From an uncultured Anaerolineae bacterium (GTDB lineage: Bacteria; Chloroflexota; Anaerolineae; JAFGEY01), in NCBI GenBank assembly GCA_964481205.1, contig CAYZYE010000003.1:857-64856 (forward strand): a stretch of DNA of 64,000 nucleotides, written 5' to 3'. A model generated the notes under the pieces. That model made no database searches. It was given only the letters and a program-made list of their open reading frames with translations, and was not told the DNA's origin. The position numbers and the translations under genes were made by a program. The stretch's first letter is position 1; the number at the start of each line of letters is the position of its first letter. This document shows positions 28,845 to 39,558 of this stretch, piece by piece.

Positions 28845-30044
28845 TTGGAGATTGGATTGAACAAAGCACCGACTTGGGTCCGTTCCGGCCTGGACGTCCT
28901 TTTGAACGAACGCCCCGGCCTGCTTGGCGACGCGCGCGTCGGATTAGTGACCAATTCGAGCGCGATCACGGCCAACGCAACGCCGATCATTGACGCGCTA
29001 CGCCCGGTGTGCAACCTGGTCGCGCTCTTTGGCCCCGAACACGGCCTTTACGCCCATGCCGCCGACGGGGCCGCCGTTTCATCGACGGTCGATGCGCAAA
29101 CGGGGTTGCCGATACACAGCCTTTATGGCCTCGCTAAAAACGGCCGCGCCAAAAAACCAACCGCCGACATGCTGCGCGGCATCGATCTGCTGCTGTTTGA
29201 CATTCAAGACGTCGGCGCACGTTTTTACACCTATATCTGGACAATGAGCTATGTGCTCGAAAGCGCCGCCGAACATGGCGTCCCGCTGATCGTCCTCGAC
29301 CGCCCCAACCCCATCGGCGGGCAAATCACCGCCGGCCCGGTCATCGAACCAGGGTTCGAGTCATTTGTGGGGCGCTATTTGCTCCCGCTGCGGCATGGCC
29401 TGACCATGGGCGAATTGGCCCGGCTGTTCAACACCCAACGCGGGTTGAACGCCGACCTGACCGTCATCCCGGCCCAGTGGTGGCGACGCGCCATGTGGTT
29501 CGATCAGACCGGCCTGCCCTGGGCGCCGCCATCGCCGGCGATGCCCAAACCGGAAACCGCCGTCGTCTACCCCGGCACGTGTCTGCTGGAAGGGACCAAT
29601 GTCTCGGCCGGACGCGGCACGGCCACGCCGTTCGAGCTGCTCGGCGCGCCGTGGATCGACGGCCACCGTCTGGCCGACGCGCTCAATGCAAGATCGCTGC
29701 CCGGCGTGCGCTTTCGCCCCACCTTTTTTACGCCATCGGCGGCCAAATACGCGGGCCAAACGTGCGGGGGCGTTTTTCTGCACGTGCTCGATCGTTCAGT
29801 CTGGCGGCCCCTGCAAACCGGACTGCACATCATCGCCGCCATTCGCGCGCTCTGGCCCAGCGACTCGAGGTGGCTGGAATCAAGTTGGGAAGGACGCCCG
29901 GCGCACCTGGACTTGCTCATCGGCAACGGCTGGGTGCGCAAACAACTCGACGCCGGCGTCGCCATCGAGCAGATCACCGAACGCTGGCAAAACGCGCTGG
30001 CGCGATTCAACAAACTGGCGCAAAAGTATTTCTTGTATACCTAG
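28845..30044 (+). CDS. DUF1343 family exo-beta-N-acetylmuramidase (NamZ-like)
   Basis: Length and conserved blocks (GLVTNSS...LFGPEHG...FDIQDVGARFYTY) match DUF1343. Confidence 0.75.
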   Translation: MEIGLNKAPTWVRSGLDVLLNERPGLLGDARVGLVTNSSAITANATPIIDALRPVCNLVALFGPEHGLYAHAADGAAVSSTVDAQTGLPIHSLYGLAKNGRAKKPTADMLRGIDLLLFDIQDVGARFYTYIWTMSYVLESAAEHGVPLIVLDRPNPIGGQITAGPVIEPGFESFVGRYLLPLRHGLTMGELARLFNTQRGLNADLTVIPAQWWRRAMWFDQTGLPWAPPSPAMPKPETAVVYPGTCLLEGTNVSAGRGTATPFELLGAPWIDGHRLADALNARSLPGVRFRPTFFTPSAAKYAGQTCGGVFLHVLDRSVWRPLQTGLHIIAAIRALWPSDSRWLESSWEGRPAHLDLLIGNGWVRKQLDAGVAIEQITERWQNALARFNKLAQKYFLYT

Positions 30045-30057
30045 GAGCATACCGTAT

Positions 30058-30909
30058 ATGACCATCTGGCAAGCCTGCATCCTCGGCCTGATTCAAGGCG
30101 CAACCGAATTCATTCCCGTTTCCAGCTCGGGACACCTGACCCTGATCCCCTGGCTGTTCAATTGGGAATTCGATCCCGTACTCAAGAGCGCGTTCGACGT
30201 ATTGACCCACTGGGGCACGCTGGTCGCCGTCATTGCCGTATTTTGGCGCGATCTGTGGGCGCTGGCGCTGGGCGGGCTGCGCACGCTGGGCGGACTGCGT
30301 CACGGCGGCATCGCCGGCGTAATCGAGCAAACGCGACACGACGTGCAGGGCCGGCTCGCCTGGCTGATCGTCATCGGCTCGATCCCGGCGGCCGCGCTCG
30401 GCGTGGCGCTGGAAGACTTTTTCGAGTCATTGTTCGGCGCGCCGCGCGTCATCTCGATCCTGCTGCTGGTCACGGCCGGACTGCTGGCGTTTTCAGAGTG
30501 GAAAAGCGCCCAGGGGCGCAAACTGGAAACCTTGACCTGGCTCGATGCCGTGTTGATTGGGTTGGGGCAAGCCACGGCGATCGCGCCGGGCATCTCGCGT
30601 TCTGGCGCCACCATGGCCGCCGGCCTGATGCGCGGCATCGAACGAGGCGTCGCGGCGAGATTCAGCTTTTTGTTGAGCGTCCCGGTCATCGTCGGCGCCG
30701 GCGTGTGGCAACTCAAAGACCTGTTTGCAAACAGCGAATGGACGGCCAACCTGGGGCCGCTGCTCGCCGGCTTTGGCATCGCCGCCATCGTAGGCTATGT
30801 TTGCATCCGTTTCCTGCTCAACTATTTGCGCCAGGGCAAATTGTACGTCTTTGCGATCTATTGCGCGCTGGTCGGCACAACTTGCCTGATCGTCTCGCTG
30901 ATCCGATGA
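30058..30909 (+). CDS. uppP: Undecaprenyl-diphosphate phosphatase
   Basis: QGATEFIPVSSSGHL motif. 8 TM. The ATG at 30058 was verified. Confidence 0.9.
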   Translation: MTIWQACILGLIQGATEFIPVSSSGHLTLIPWLFNWEFDPVLKSAFDVLTHWGTLVAVIAVFWRDLWALALGGLRTLGGLRHGGIAGVIEQTRHDVQGRLAWLIVIGSIPAAALGVALEDFFESLFGAPRVISILLLVTAGLLAFSEWKSAQGRKLETLTWLDAVLIGLGQATAIAPGISRSGATMAAGLMRGIERGVAARFSFLLSVPVIVGAGVWQLKDLFANSEWTANLGPLLAGFGIAAIVGYVCIRFLLNYLRQGKLYVFAIYCALVGTTCLIVSLIR

Positions 30910-31751
30910 AACGCGCTTTTGGTTTGTTCTTGCTGCTGACATTTTTGTGCGGGGTTGGAACCGCCGCCTGCCAGACGCCCGCCCCGCCGGCGCCGCCAAC
31001 CCCGACGCCCCCCACCATCGAACTGACCATCGCCGGATCGAGCGAAATGACCCCACTGCTGGCCGCCCTGATCGCCGCCTTTTATCTCCGGCACACCGAC
31101 GTCGAGATCGCCTTTCAAGCCGTCAACTCGACCTTTGGGCTGGATCAGGTGCGCCAGGGAACGGCAGCGCTGGGCGCCGTCGCTGCTGCGCCGCCCGAAA
31201 ATATGTGGGCCGCGCCGATCGCCCTCGACGCCGTCGCCGTGATCGTCCATCCCGACAACCCATTGCGCAACCTGACGGCGGCGCAAATAGAGCTGATTTT
31301 CAGCGGGCAAAAGTGGCGCTGGCACGAATTGGACATTCAACTGCCCCAGGATGAGATCATTGTCATCAGCCGCGAAGAACAAAGCGCAACCCGCGCCTTC
31401 TTTCAGGCGCGGATGATGCGCAACCTTGACGTCACCACAACGGCCATCGTGATGCCGGGCAGCACCGCCGTCATCGACTTTGTGGCCGCGCACCCCAACG
31501 CGATCGGCTATGTGTCGCAGGGTCTGCTCACCGCAAAAGTCAAGCCGGTCCGCATCGAAAACCTTGCCCCGGCGCAGTCCCAAATCGCCGCGCAAACCTA
31601 CGCCCTGGTGCGACCCTGGTACCTGGTCGCGCCACAAGAACCAAGCGGCGCGATCCGGCAGTTTGTCGACTTTTGCCTCAGCCCAGAAGGACAAAAGATC
31701 GTCGCGCAAAACTATGCGCCGGTGAGACCCGGCCACTCCAAGGGAGATTAA
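30906..31751 (+). CDS. PstS-family (PBP) phosphate-binding lipoprotein
   Basis: Lipobox LCGVGTAAC. Type-2 periplasmic binding fold blocks. The ATG overlaps the uppP stop (ATGA). Confidence 0.6.
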   Translation: MKRAFGLFLLLTFLCGVGTAACQTPAPPAPPTPTPPTIELTIAGSSEMTPLLAALIAAFYLRHTDVEIAFQAVNSTFGLDQVRQGTAALGAVAAAPPENMWAAPIALDAVAVIVHPDNPLRNLTAAQIELIFSGQKWRWHELDIQLPQDEIIVISREEQSATRAFFQARMMRNLDVTTTAIVMPGSTAVIDFVAAHPNAIGYVSQGLLTAKVKPVRIENLAPAQSQIAAQTYALVRPWYLVAPQEPSGAIRQFVDFCLSPEGQKIVAQNYAPVRPGHSKGD

Positions 31752-31757
31752 CCACCG

Positions 31758-32303
31758 ATGAGCATCGAAAACTATGTTTCAGAACTGGCAACAATGCTGG
31801 GTCGTCTGCCCGTTTCCGAGATCGAACAACTGATCCAGGTTTTGCAAGAGGCGCGCGACCGCGGCAGCCAGGTCTTTGTCATGGGCAACGGCGGCAGCGC
31901 GGCGACCGCCTCACACATGGCCTGCGATCTGGCCAAAGGCGCGACGGTTCCGGGCAAACCGCGCTTTCGCGTGATCGCCCTCACCGACAACATTCCATTG
32001 ATCACCGCCTGGGCCAACGACGCAGCCTACCAGGACATTTTTGCCGAACAGTTGCGCAATCTGCTCGAACCCGATGACGTGGTGATCGGCTTGAGCGGCA
32101 GCGGCAACTCGGAGAACGTGCTGCGCGCGATCCGCCAGGCCAACGACATGGGCGCGTTTACCGTCGGGCTAAGCGGCTTTGACGGCGGCAAACTGCACCC
32201 CATCGTTGATCTGGGCATTCACATCGAAAACCACTGCATAGAACAGGTCGAGGACATTCATCTGATCATCGAGCACGCCATTGCCGTCGAGCTGAGAAAA
32301 TAG
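31758..32303 (+). CDS. gmhA: SIS-domain phosphoheptose isomerase
   Basis: VFVMGNGGSAATASH and GLSGSGNS SIS motifs. 181 aa. Confidence 0.7.
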   Translation: MSIENYVSELATMLGRLPVSEIEQLIQVLQEARDRGSQVFVMGNGGSAATASHMACDLAKGATVPGKPRFRVIALTDNIPLITAWANDAAYQDIFAEQLRNLLEPDDVVIGLSGSGNSENVLRAIRQANDMGAFTVGLSGFDGGKLHPIVDLGIHIENHCIEQVEDIHLIIEHAIAVELRK

Positions 32304-32456
32304 CAGCCGTTCCACGCGGACATTGATGATCTAGATATTCCAGACCAGCAACTTTTTGTAGCGGGATTTTTCATCAGCTTTCTGCCGCCGACGGTTGACG
32401 ACCTCCTTTTTGTCTTGCATGCATCTTGCCAGAATCAGCCGTCGCGCCATATGAGG

Positions 32457-32543
32457 CCGCTGAAAACCCAGCATTAACCAAGGACACCGAGATCGCCCCA
32501 TATTGGTGAATATCAGCGGTGTCAAAAGATGTTTTATTTCTTT
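32457..32543. repeat. Intergenic repeat family R2, copy 1 (CCGCTGAAAAC...GTGAATATCAGCGGTG...GATGTTTTATTTCTTT)
   Basis: Shared blocks with 57876-57985 (same orientation) and 38693-38833 / 53021-53115 (inverted). Confidence 0.65.
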
Positions 32544-32703
32544 ACGATCTTGGGTTCTTTTGAGATGTTTTTCAGCATATTCCTATGACAGCACCACGCA
32601 AGCGATCAAGTTGACAGCACAAGCAAAGTAACGATAATAAGGACATTGACCAACATCCGGGCGCAGCCCACCAGACCCGCACACGTCGGATCAGCAAACG
32701 TAT

Positions 32704-35286
32704 ATGAAACCCAAAGACCTGCTTGTGTTAGCCATTGCCTTGCTCCTTCTCTCCACACTCATCGGGGCAGCGATACTGATCTACCTTTCCCGCAACCCCG
32801 TCGAGCGGACGCCGGCTGCCATCGCTACACCAACAACATCGCAAAAAACCGAATACACGCCAGACGGGACATCCACCCCCGGCCGGCCTTCGCCCACGCC
32901 TGCCCCCGATCATCTGCCGTCGCTGGTCACGCCAACTTGCACATCCACCGCCACATCGACCTCGACGCCCGCGCCCACCGCCACACCGACCTCGACATGG
33001 ACGCCGACCTGGACGCCTTCGCCCACGCCAGAGCCGGCCGCGCGGCTGGCAAACGCGCATCGCGCCAGGCGCAACGGCGATTACCGACAGGCAATATCTG
33101 AATTTCAAATCGTGTTGGAAACGCCGGACGCGGAATGGGAAGCGGTCGAAGCGGCGTACCAACTTGGCGTCTGCGCCTACCTGGACGGCGACGCGCCAAA
33201 CGCGCAAGCCTATCTGGAAAGCTTTATCTTGCGCTACCCCGACGACCAGCGTGTCAACGCGGCGCACTTTTACCTGGCCCAGACATTCGACAACCTCCGG
33301 CAGTACAAAGCCGCCATCGAACAATACACCACCTACCTCGCCGGCCAAGACATCCTCGCCGACCTGATCTACCGGCGCATTGGCGACGACCAGGCCGCAC
33401 TTGGCGAATACGAGGCCGCCATCGCGGCCTACAAACTCGCCTTAGGGCAGACGCTCGATCTGGGGCAACAATACGATGTGCAAGAAACCATCGGCCTGAC
33501 CTGCAACGCCTGGGGGCGCTACGACGAGGCCATCCATTGGTTCCGCAGCGTCATCGATCGCTCCGAAAACGTCTACCGGCTGGCCAGGCTCTGGTACCTG
33601 ATCGGACAAACGCACCGCCTGGCCGGGCGAGAACCGGAGGCGCGGAACGCCTTTGCCCAGGCCGTCAACGGCGACCCACGCCCCGGCTATGCACACCTGG
33701 CGCTCGTCGAATTGGTCAACGCCGGCGTGCAAATCAACGAATATCAACGTGGTTTGATCGATTATCATGCCGGCAGTTACGCCGCCGCCATCGCCGCGTT
33801 CGACCGCTATATCGAATCGACGCCCAATTACAATAGCGACGTACATTACTACATCGCCAAATCTCACCTCAACACCGGCGCCGACGCTCTGGCGATCCGG
33901 GAATGTGAGCAAATGATCCGCGAATATCCGCCCACCGCGCCTCACTGGGGCAACATGTGGCTGCTCAAAGGCCGCGCCTTGTACAACCTGGGCCAGGTCG
34001 ATCAAGCAACGCAAACCTACCTCGACTTTGCCACCCAATATCCCGACCACCCCCTGGCCGCGCAGGCGCGCTGGAACGCCGCGTGGATGCTCGAACGAGA
34101 AGAACGCTTTGCCCAGGCCGCCAATGTATACACCGATCTGGCCAACGAACATCCCAATGATGAGCAAGCGCCGCCGGCCCGTTTCCAGGCCGGCATTTGC
34201 CGCTACCGGATCGACGACCTGGACGCCGCGCTGCAAGACTGGCAAACGCTGATCGACGCCTATCCCGCATCCGATCAGGCTTTACGCGCTCAATATTGGC
34301 GGGGCAAAGTCTTGTGGCAGCGCGGCGAGGCCGAACAAGCGCGGGCGCTGCTACAAACGCTGGCCGAAACCCATCCCCGGAACTATTATGGCCTTCGCGC
34401 TGCGCATTTGCTCGAAAACGACGGCGCGCCGGTCGCCTGGCCCAAAACACCGCCTCGCCTGCACCTGACCTTTGACGAACCGGAACAAGCGCAAGCAGCC
34501 GCCAGTTGGCTGCGTACCTGGGCCGGACTGCCGGAAAATCAAGACCCCACGACGATCTCGGACACGTTGGCCCAAGACATCCGCTTTCGACGCGGAATGG
34601 AACAGTGGTCGTTGGGACTGTACACCCACGCGCGCGACGAATTCGAGAGCTTGCGCAAAGACCTGAACCAAGACCCGCTGCAACTCTACCAACTCGCCTT
34701 TCTGACCCGCGACCTGGGTCTTTATGCCACATCGTTGCGCGCCACAATCAACGTGGTCGTCCTCGCCCCCGAAGCCGCCATCCTCGACATGCCCACGCTC
34801 GTCCAGCGCATGGCCTTTCCCACCTATTTTAGCGATCTCGTGCTGGCCGAAAGCGCATCGCAAAACATCGACCCGCTGCTCATGTTTGCGCTGATCCGTC
34901 AGGAAAGCGTCTTTGACGACCAGGTCGAATCTTGGGCCGGGGCCATTGGCCTCACCCAAATCATCCCCGACACGGGACAGTGGATCGCCGAAATGATGCC
35001 CTGGCCCGAATACAACACCTCGCTGCTGCGACGCCCCTACCTGAACATCCACTTTGGCGTCTGGTTCATGCAGCGCATCCTCAAACAAACCAAACAGGAC
35101 GTAATGTCGGCACTCGCCGGGTACAATGGCGGGCCCAGAAACGGCGCGCACTGGTTGGAACAATCCCACGGCGACCCCGACCTGCTCGTCGAAATCATCA
35201 ACTATGACGAACCGCAAAACTATGTGCGCCAGATTTACCGGCACTATGACATGTATGTTCGCCTGTACGGGGAAACAGATCGCTAA
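32704..35286 (+). CDS. Membrane-anchored TPR-repeat soluble lytic murein transglycosylase (SLT domain)
   Basis: N-terminal TM. Thr/Pro-rich linker. About 12 TPR-like repeats. C-terminal SLT catalytic block ALIRQESVFD...GAIGLTQIIP. Confidence 0.75.
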   Translation: MKPKDLLVLAIALLLLSTLIGAAILIYLSRNPVERTPAAIATPTTSQKTEYTPDGTSTPGRPSPTPAPDHLPSLVTPTCTSTATSTSTPAPTATPTSTWTPTWTPSPTPEPAARLANAHRARRNGDYRQAISEFQIVLETPDAEWEAVEAAYQLGVCAYLDGDAPNAQAYLESFILRYPDDQRVNAAHFYLAQTFDNLRQYKAAIEQYTTYLAGQDILADLIYRRIGDDQAALGEYEAAIAAYKLALGQTLDLGQQYDVQETIGLTCNAWGRYDEAIHWFRSVIDRSENVYRLARLWYLIGQTHRLAGREPEARNAFAQAVNGDPRPGYAHLALVELVNAGVQINEYQRGLIDYHAGSYAAAIAAFDRYIESTPNYNSDVHYYIAKSHLNTGADALAIRECEQMIREYPPTAPHWGNMWLLKGRALYNLGQVDQATQTYLDFATQYPDHPLAAQARWNAAWMLEREERFAQAANVYTDLANEHPNDEQAPPARFQAGICRYRIDDLDAALQDWQTLIDAYPASDQALRAQYWRGKVLWQRGEAEQARALLQTLAETHPRNYYGLRAAHLLENDGAPVAWPKTPPRLHLTFDEPEQAQAAASWLRTWAGLPENQDPTTISDTLAQDIRFRRGMEQWSLGLYTHARDEFESLRKDLNQDPLQLYQLAFLTRDLGLYATSLRATINVVVLAPEAAILDMPTLVQRMAFPTYFSDLVLAESASQNIDPLLMFALIRQESVFDDQVESWAGAIGLTQIIPDTGQWIAEMMPWPEYNTSLLRRPYLNIHFGVWFMQRILKQTKQDVMSALAGYNGGPRNGAHWLEQSHGDPDLLVEIINYDEPQNYVRQIYRHYDMYVRLYGETDR

Positions 35287-35668
35287 CCCACGCGGAGGGT
35301 TTAATCATCCCCGCCTGCTCGGCGAGAGGCCACGTTACAGACACCCAAGATTGTCGCGCTGCAATCCTATTGGACAAAGAGCAAGACGATGAACAAGGGA
35401 AAACGTCCACATATTGTGATTTTCAACCCCGATCAATGGCGCGGTGATGTGCCGCAGCAAAGAGTTCAAGTACGTGCGCCGGCTGTACGAGCAAGACGAA
35501 CTGTACGACCTCTGCGCCGACCCGCAAGAATTGCACAATCGCATCGACGACCCGGCGCTTGGCGACATTCTGGCGCAGCTCAAAGAGCGGCTGCTGACCT
35601 TTTACCTCCAAACCGCCAATGTCGTACCGCATGACACGGACTTGAGAAGATAATCGCGAGGTGACAAA

Positions 35669-38440
35669 ATGCGTACAAACGATCGTTCGTCCCTTTTGTA
35701 CCGCCAAATTTGCTTTTACATCGCCGTATCCATTGTCGTGACGGCGTTGGCGCTGCTCACCCCATCGACGCCGCATGCCGGCGCACCGCCCATTTTGACC
35801 CCGACGCCCGGCCCCACGCGGCCTCCACGGCGCGATTACGACCCGCCCGCCCCGCCGGAGCAGCTCTCGTCCAGCGACGCCTCGCCGGTCAACGCCGCCG
35901 AGGTCGGCGGATACCCCCGCCTGGTCAAACTGTGGGGCGGCGGCGACGAGCGCGAGATCGGCTTTTATGCTCATTATGACATGATTGTCAATGCCACGGC
36001 CTTTACCAAAACCCAGATCAGCTATTTGCACAGCCTGAACCCCAACTTGATCATGCTCTACTCTGGAACAGGCACCTATGACACGGACGACGGGCCGTTG
36101 GGCAGCCAGTGGGTCAACGCATCGCCCGGCACCTGGCAGTACGATTGTTTTTTGCGCGGCGCCAACGGTCAAATCCTCCGCGTGTACGAATGGGGTCACG
36201 GAATGTTTAACATGAGCGACAATGACTGCACCGACGCGATTGTCGATCACCTGGTTTCGCAGTTCGACCCGGACGTATACGACGGCGTGTTTTTTGACCG
36301 GATCAACGAGCGGATCACCGTCATCATCAACGGCATCGATCTCGATCACAATGGCACGGTAGATGACGCCGATTGGGTCGATCGACTATATTATACCGGG
36401 ACGCAGCGCTTTTTGAACCAGGTGCGAACCAGATTGGGCGCGCTGCTCGGTCACGAGACAATCATCGTCGGCAATGACGCGCCGCTGCCATACACCCCGC
36501 AGCTCAACGGGCGTGAATACGAGTTGAACGTGCGCGACATCCTGGACGCCAACAAAGACTGGATGTGGTTTCGCTACAATTACGAACAGTGGATGCAGGC
36601 ATCGCGCCAACCGGGGCTGACGATGGTAATGTCCAACCCGCCCACCTGGTTCCGCGCCAAATACGGGTTGCGACCTTATGTCAAGATACGCGGCGCGATG
36701 CGCGAACAGATCGCCGCCTATTACCAACGCATGCGTTTTGGGCTGACCACGGCGCTGCTCGAAGGCGGAACGTACAGTTTCGAGTTTGGCGACACCTGGC
36801 ACGGCAACGCCTGGTGGTACGACGAGTTCGACGGCGCGGGGTTGGGCAAAGGATACCTGGGACAGCCGCTTGGCGAGGCGTACCCGGCCGCCGGGCCGCT
36901 GATGACGCCCAACCTCTTGTTGAACCCCGGCTTTGAAGCGCCGTGGCCCGCGTCCTGGACGTTGCAAACGACAGGCGGCGCGCAAGCCACGCTGCACACT
37001 GCGCCCGTGACGGCGACCACATTGTCGCCCGTCGCGGCGCGCATCACCATCACCACGGCGGCGCAAGCCGACAATGTCCGCCTGGAACAGGCCAACCTCA
37101 CCTTGATCAAAGGCCAGGCCTACACCATGTCTTTCTGGGGCAAAGCGCCGCGCGCGCATTGGCGCGCCAACGTCAAACTGCACGCCCCCGGCGGCCTGGG
37201 GGCGTTGTACGGGCTGGATGACTATGTCGAGCTTGGCACAACCTGGCAGCAGTACTGGCTGCCGTTTACCGCCTCGTCGACGGCGGTGGATGCCATCTTG
37301 ACGATCGGCGTGGGCAACGCCTGGGGCGGCGATGTGTGGATCGACGAGGTCAACTTGCAGGAAGGCGTTTTGCCGCCGCTGTTTCGCCGCGATTTTGAGC
37401 ATGGCATCGTACTGTGCAACGCCGATAGATCGCCGCAAACAATTGATTTGACGGGCGAGGGGTTGCGCAAAATCGACGGCAAGCAAGCGCCGTTGGTACA
37501 GATTTTGATCGACGACGCTGAACAGTCGAGTGACACGTTCATCAAATATGGCGGCTGGGGCGGTCAAACGGCGGGGCATGACGAATGGGGTTCGACCTAC
37601 CACTATGCGCTGACCACCGGCAACCCAGATGGCTTTTTGAGCAAAGCCGTCTGGCGACCGACGATTTCGCACGCCGGCGATTACACCGTCTCCATTTGGC
37701 TGGCGCCGCACGAAAATTGCACGGCCACAGTGACGTATACCGTTCAATACCACGGCGGGAGTGCCTCGATGGCCGTCAACCCGGTGGTCACAGAACCCAC
37801 CTGGGCGGTATTGGGGTCGTATCCCTTTGCCGAGGGCGCGCACAATGCCGTGACCCTGACCAATTACACGCAGAGCAGTTGGGTTGTCGCCGACGTGGTC
37901 AAGTTCGAGTCGGCGGCGCGTTACAATGACGGCGCCGAGGTAACGGCGGTGACGCTGGCCGGCCAGGATGGGATCATTTTGCTGGGCGAGCCGGCGATCA
38001 AAAAAGTCGATTTTGACAAAAGCGCCAACCGTCCAAGCGTCCAACCGGGTGAGGTGGTGACTTTTACCCTGGTTTTTGGCCTGACCGGAACGCAGACGCA
38101 GACGATGCAGGCGCGGATGATCGACCCCAACCCGGCGCCGGCGTTCCTTGATATTTTGACCCGAACGATCGCCGGCGGCGCCGTCTATAGCCCGGCCATC
38201 GACGCCGTCGTCTGGGAAGGAGAACTCGGCGTGGGAACCGCCCCGATGTCGGTGACATTTGGCGTCCGGGTTGCCGGCGCGCCGTCGATCTGGGATCGAT
38301 TTGTGGTCAACCAGGCGGCAGTGCGGGATTTGGCGCAGCCCGGCGGCGCGCCTGTAGCCACGGCGTTCACATCCGTCCGTATTATTTCAAATATTATCTT
38401 GGAACCGCGAGCTTTTCTCCCGACGGTTCAAAAAAAGTAG
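35669..38440 (+). CDS. Large secreted protein with putative glycoside-hydrolase-like N-domain and C-terminal DUF11 repeat
   Basis: Signal/TM, then a Pro-rich segment. The C-terminal 130 aa resemble the DUF11 surface-protein repeat common in Chloroflexi. The catalytic assignment is weak. Confidence 0.5.
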   Translation: MRTNDRSSLLYRQICFYIAVSIVVTALALLTPSTPHAGAPPILTPTPGPTRPPRRDYDPPAPPEQLSSSDASPVNAAEVGGYPRLVKLWGGGDEREIGFYAHYDMIVNATAFTKTQISYLHSLNPNLIMLYSGTGTYDTDDGPLGSQWVNASPGTWQYDCFLRGANGQILRVYEWGHGMFNMSDNDCTDAIVDHLVSQFDPDVYDGVFFDRINERITVIINGIDLDHNGTVDDADWVDRLYYTGTQRFLNQVRTRLGALLGHETIIVGNDAPLPYTPQLNGREYELNVRDILDANKDWMWFRYNYEQWMQASRQPGLTMVMSNPPTWFRAKYGLRPYVKIRGAMREQIAAYYQRMRFGLTTALLEGGTYSFEFGDTWHGNAWWYDEFDGAGLGKGYLGQPLGEAYPAAGPLMTPNLLLNPGFEAPWPASWTLQTTGGAQATLHTAPVTATTLSPVAARITITTAAQADNVRLEQANLTLIKGQAYTMSFWGKAPRAHWRANVKLHAPGGLGALYGLDDYVELGTTWQQYWLPFTASSTAVDAILTIGVGNAWGGDVWIDEVNLQEGVLPPLFRRDFEHGIVLCNADRSPQTIDLTGEGLRKIDGKQAPLVQILIDDAEQSSDTFIKYGGWGGQTAGHDEWGSTYHYALTTGNPDGFLSKAVWRPTISHAGDYTVSIWLAPHENCTATVTYTVQYHGGSASMAVNPVVTEPTWAVLGSYPFAEGAHNAVTLTNYTQSSWVVADVVKFESAARYNDGAEVTAVTLAGQDGIILLGEPAIKKVDFDKSANRPSVQPGEVVTFTLVFGLTGTQTQTMQARMIDPNPAPAFLDILTRTIAGGAVYSPAIDAVVWEGELGVGTAPMSVTFGVRVAGAPSIWDRFVVNQAAVRDLAQPGGAPVATAFTSVRIISNIILEPRAFLPTVQKK

Positions 38441-38466
38441 ACAGACGGCGCTGACCCAAGAACTTG

Positions 38467-38592
38467 GAGCTGTTCAATTCTAATTTGTGACTAAAGTCAC
38501 CGCTGGTGAGGACTCGTCGCCGTAGGGGGACGACCAGCCAACGGCTCACCCAACGCGGTTTCAACCGCTGGATTGTAGAATTGAACAGCCCT
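38467..38592. repeat. MITE-like element copy A (~125 bp) with perfect 15-bp terminal inverted repeats GGCTGTTCAATTCTA
   Basis: Read directly. It contains the internal hairpin GTGACTAAAGTCAC. An inverted copy lies at 42262-42430. Confidence 0.8.
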
Positions 38593-38692
38593 GCCCAAGA
38601 ACTATTGCGCCCAATTTTCCGCTCCCGCCGGCGGGGATTTGTCAATCCCCTTGGGACAAAAGCACAAATAGTCTCGGAGCGTGCTGCCCCCC

Positions 38693-38833
38693 AGCGCACA
38701 CCTGCCAACCGCAGAGATCGCCGAGAGCGCAAAGAGACAAGACATCAGCGAATACCGCAGAACACCGCTGGTATTCACAAATACAAGATAACCTCTGTGT
38801 CCTCTGCGGTTAATCTCGAGTTTTTCAGCGGTC
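38693..38833. repeat. R2 family copy 2 (inverted orientation), abutting the DUF881 gene stop
   Basis: CACCGCTGGTATTCACAAATAC...GTTTTTCAGCGGTC is the reverse-complement image of copy 1. Confidence 0.6.
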
Positions 38834-38835
38834 TC

Positions 38836-39504
38836 CTAGTTGATCGGTTCTGCGTATTCAAAGCCGGTCTGCGAACGGCAAACGGGCAAAACGAGCCGCT
38901 TTTTTTGCTCGCTTTGCAGAACGAGGTTGGGAGAAGCGTGTCGCAAGAGGTCGACGACGCCGCCCGGACGGAGGATCGCCGTTTCCAGGGTGCTTGGGTC
39001 GCCGATGGCTTGAAAGCGAAAGGGTTGGCGGATCGGGTATCCGTCGAGGATCAGTTGATCGTCGTTCAGGGTCAACACCGATTGCGCAACCAGCCGCTGC
39101 TCGTTCAAGGCAATAGCTTCGGCGCCGGCGTTGCGCAGCTCGTTGATCAGGTCTTGCAGATCGAGGACACTTGCGGGGCCGTCAATGACCAGCTCGATGC
39201 CCGGGCCGGAAACTTCGATCTCGCCATTGACAATCTTGACCCGGTTCATTTCTTCAACCAACTCTTCGAGCACCGTGCCACGCTTTTTTTCCTCATACGC
39301 GGCCAACTGCGTTTGCAGTGATTCGACCTCGCCGCGCAGGTTTTGGTTGGCGTTGACCAGCTCGCAGAGCAAAACCGCTCGATCATCGGCGTTGAACGTC
39401 ACCGCCCGCGCGCGGTTGTGCGTGCGCATCTGGGCGACGATCAAAACGCCAATGGCCAGGGTCAGACAACATTGACCGATTTGAGAAAAAATGCTGCGTT
39501 TCAT
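38836..39504 (-). CDS. DUF881 family protein (YlxW/YlxX-like, division-associated)
   Basis: N-terminal TM, coiled coil, and a conserved GPG(I/V)EL(V/I)IDD...GAEAIA(L/V)NG...GDP block. Confidence 0.7.
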   Translation of the reverse strand: MKRSIFSQIGQCCLTLAIGVLIVAQMRTHNRARAVTFNADDRAVLLCELVNANQNLRGEVESLQTQLAAYEEKKRGTVLEELVEEMNRVKIVNGEIEVSGPGIELVIDGPASVLDLQDLINELRNAGAEAIALNEQRLVAQSVLTLNDDQLILDGYPIRQPFRFQAIGDPSTLETAILRPGGVVDLLRHASPNLVLQSEQKKRLVLPVCRSQTGFEYAEPIN

Positions 39505-39558
39505 GCTCGACTCGGCTGTTTAGCACTTGGGTGGATTTGGAATGTCCCGTCTGTAAGG

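Noticed and set aside
29599-30909. 436-aa ORF extending uppP 150 codons upstream
   Set aside because: The extension overlaps the namZ coding region in another frame and is Arg/Ser-rich. The verified start is the ATG MTIWQ at 30058.
30162-31751. 529-aa ORF spanning uppP and the PstS-like gene
   Set aside because: The N-terminal 248 codons overlap uppP out of frame and are Arg/Ala low complexity. The real gene starts at the lipoprotein signal ATG at 30906.
38394-39321. ORFs 38394-38732(-), 38506-39321(+), 41997-42410(-) and 42205-42417(+) sharing peptide strings (LFNSTIQRLKPRWVSRWLVVPL..., RRRRGTTSQRLTQRGFNRWIVELNS)
   Set aside because: The shared peptides arise because these ORFs read through the two copies of the TIR-bounded repeat element. 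They are not independent protein-coding genes.
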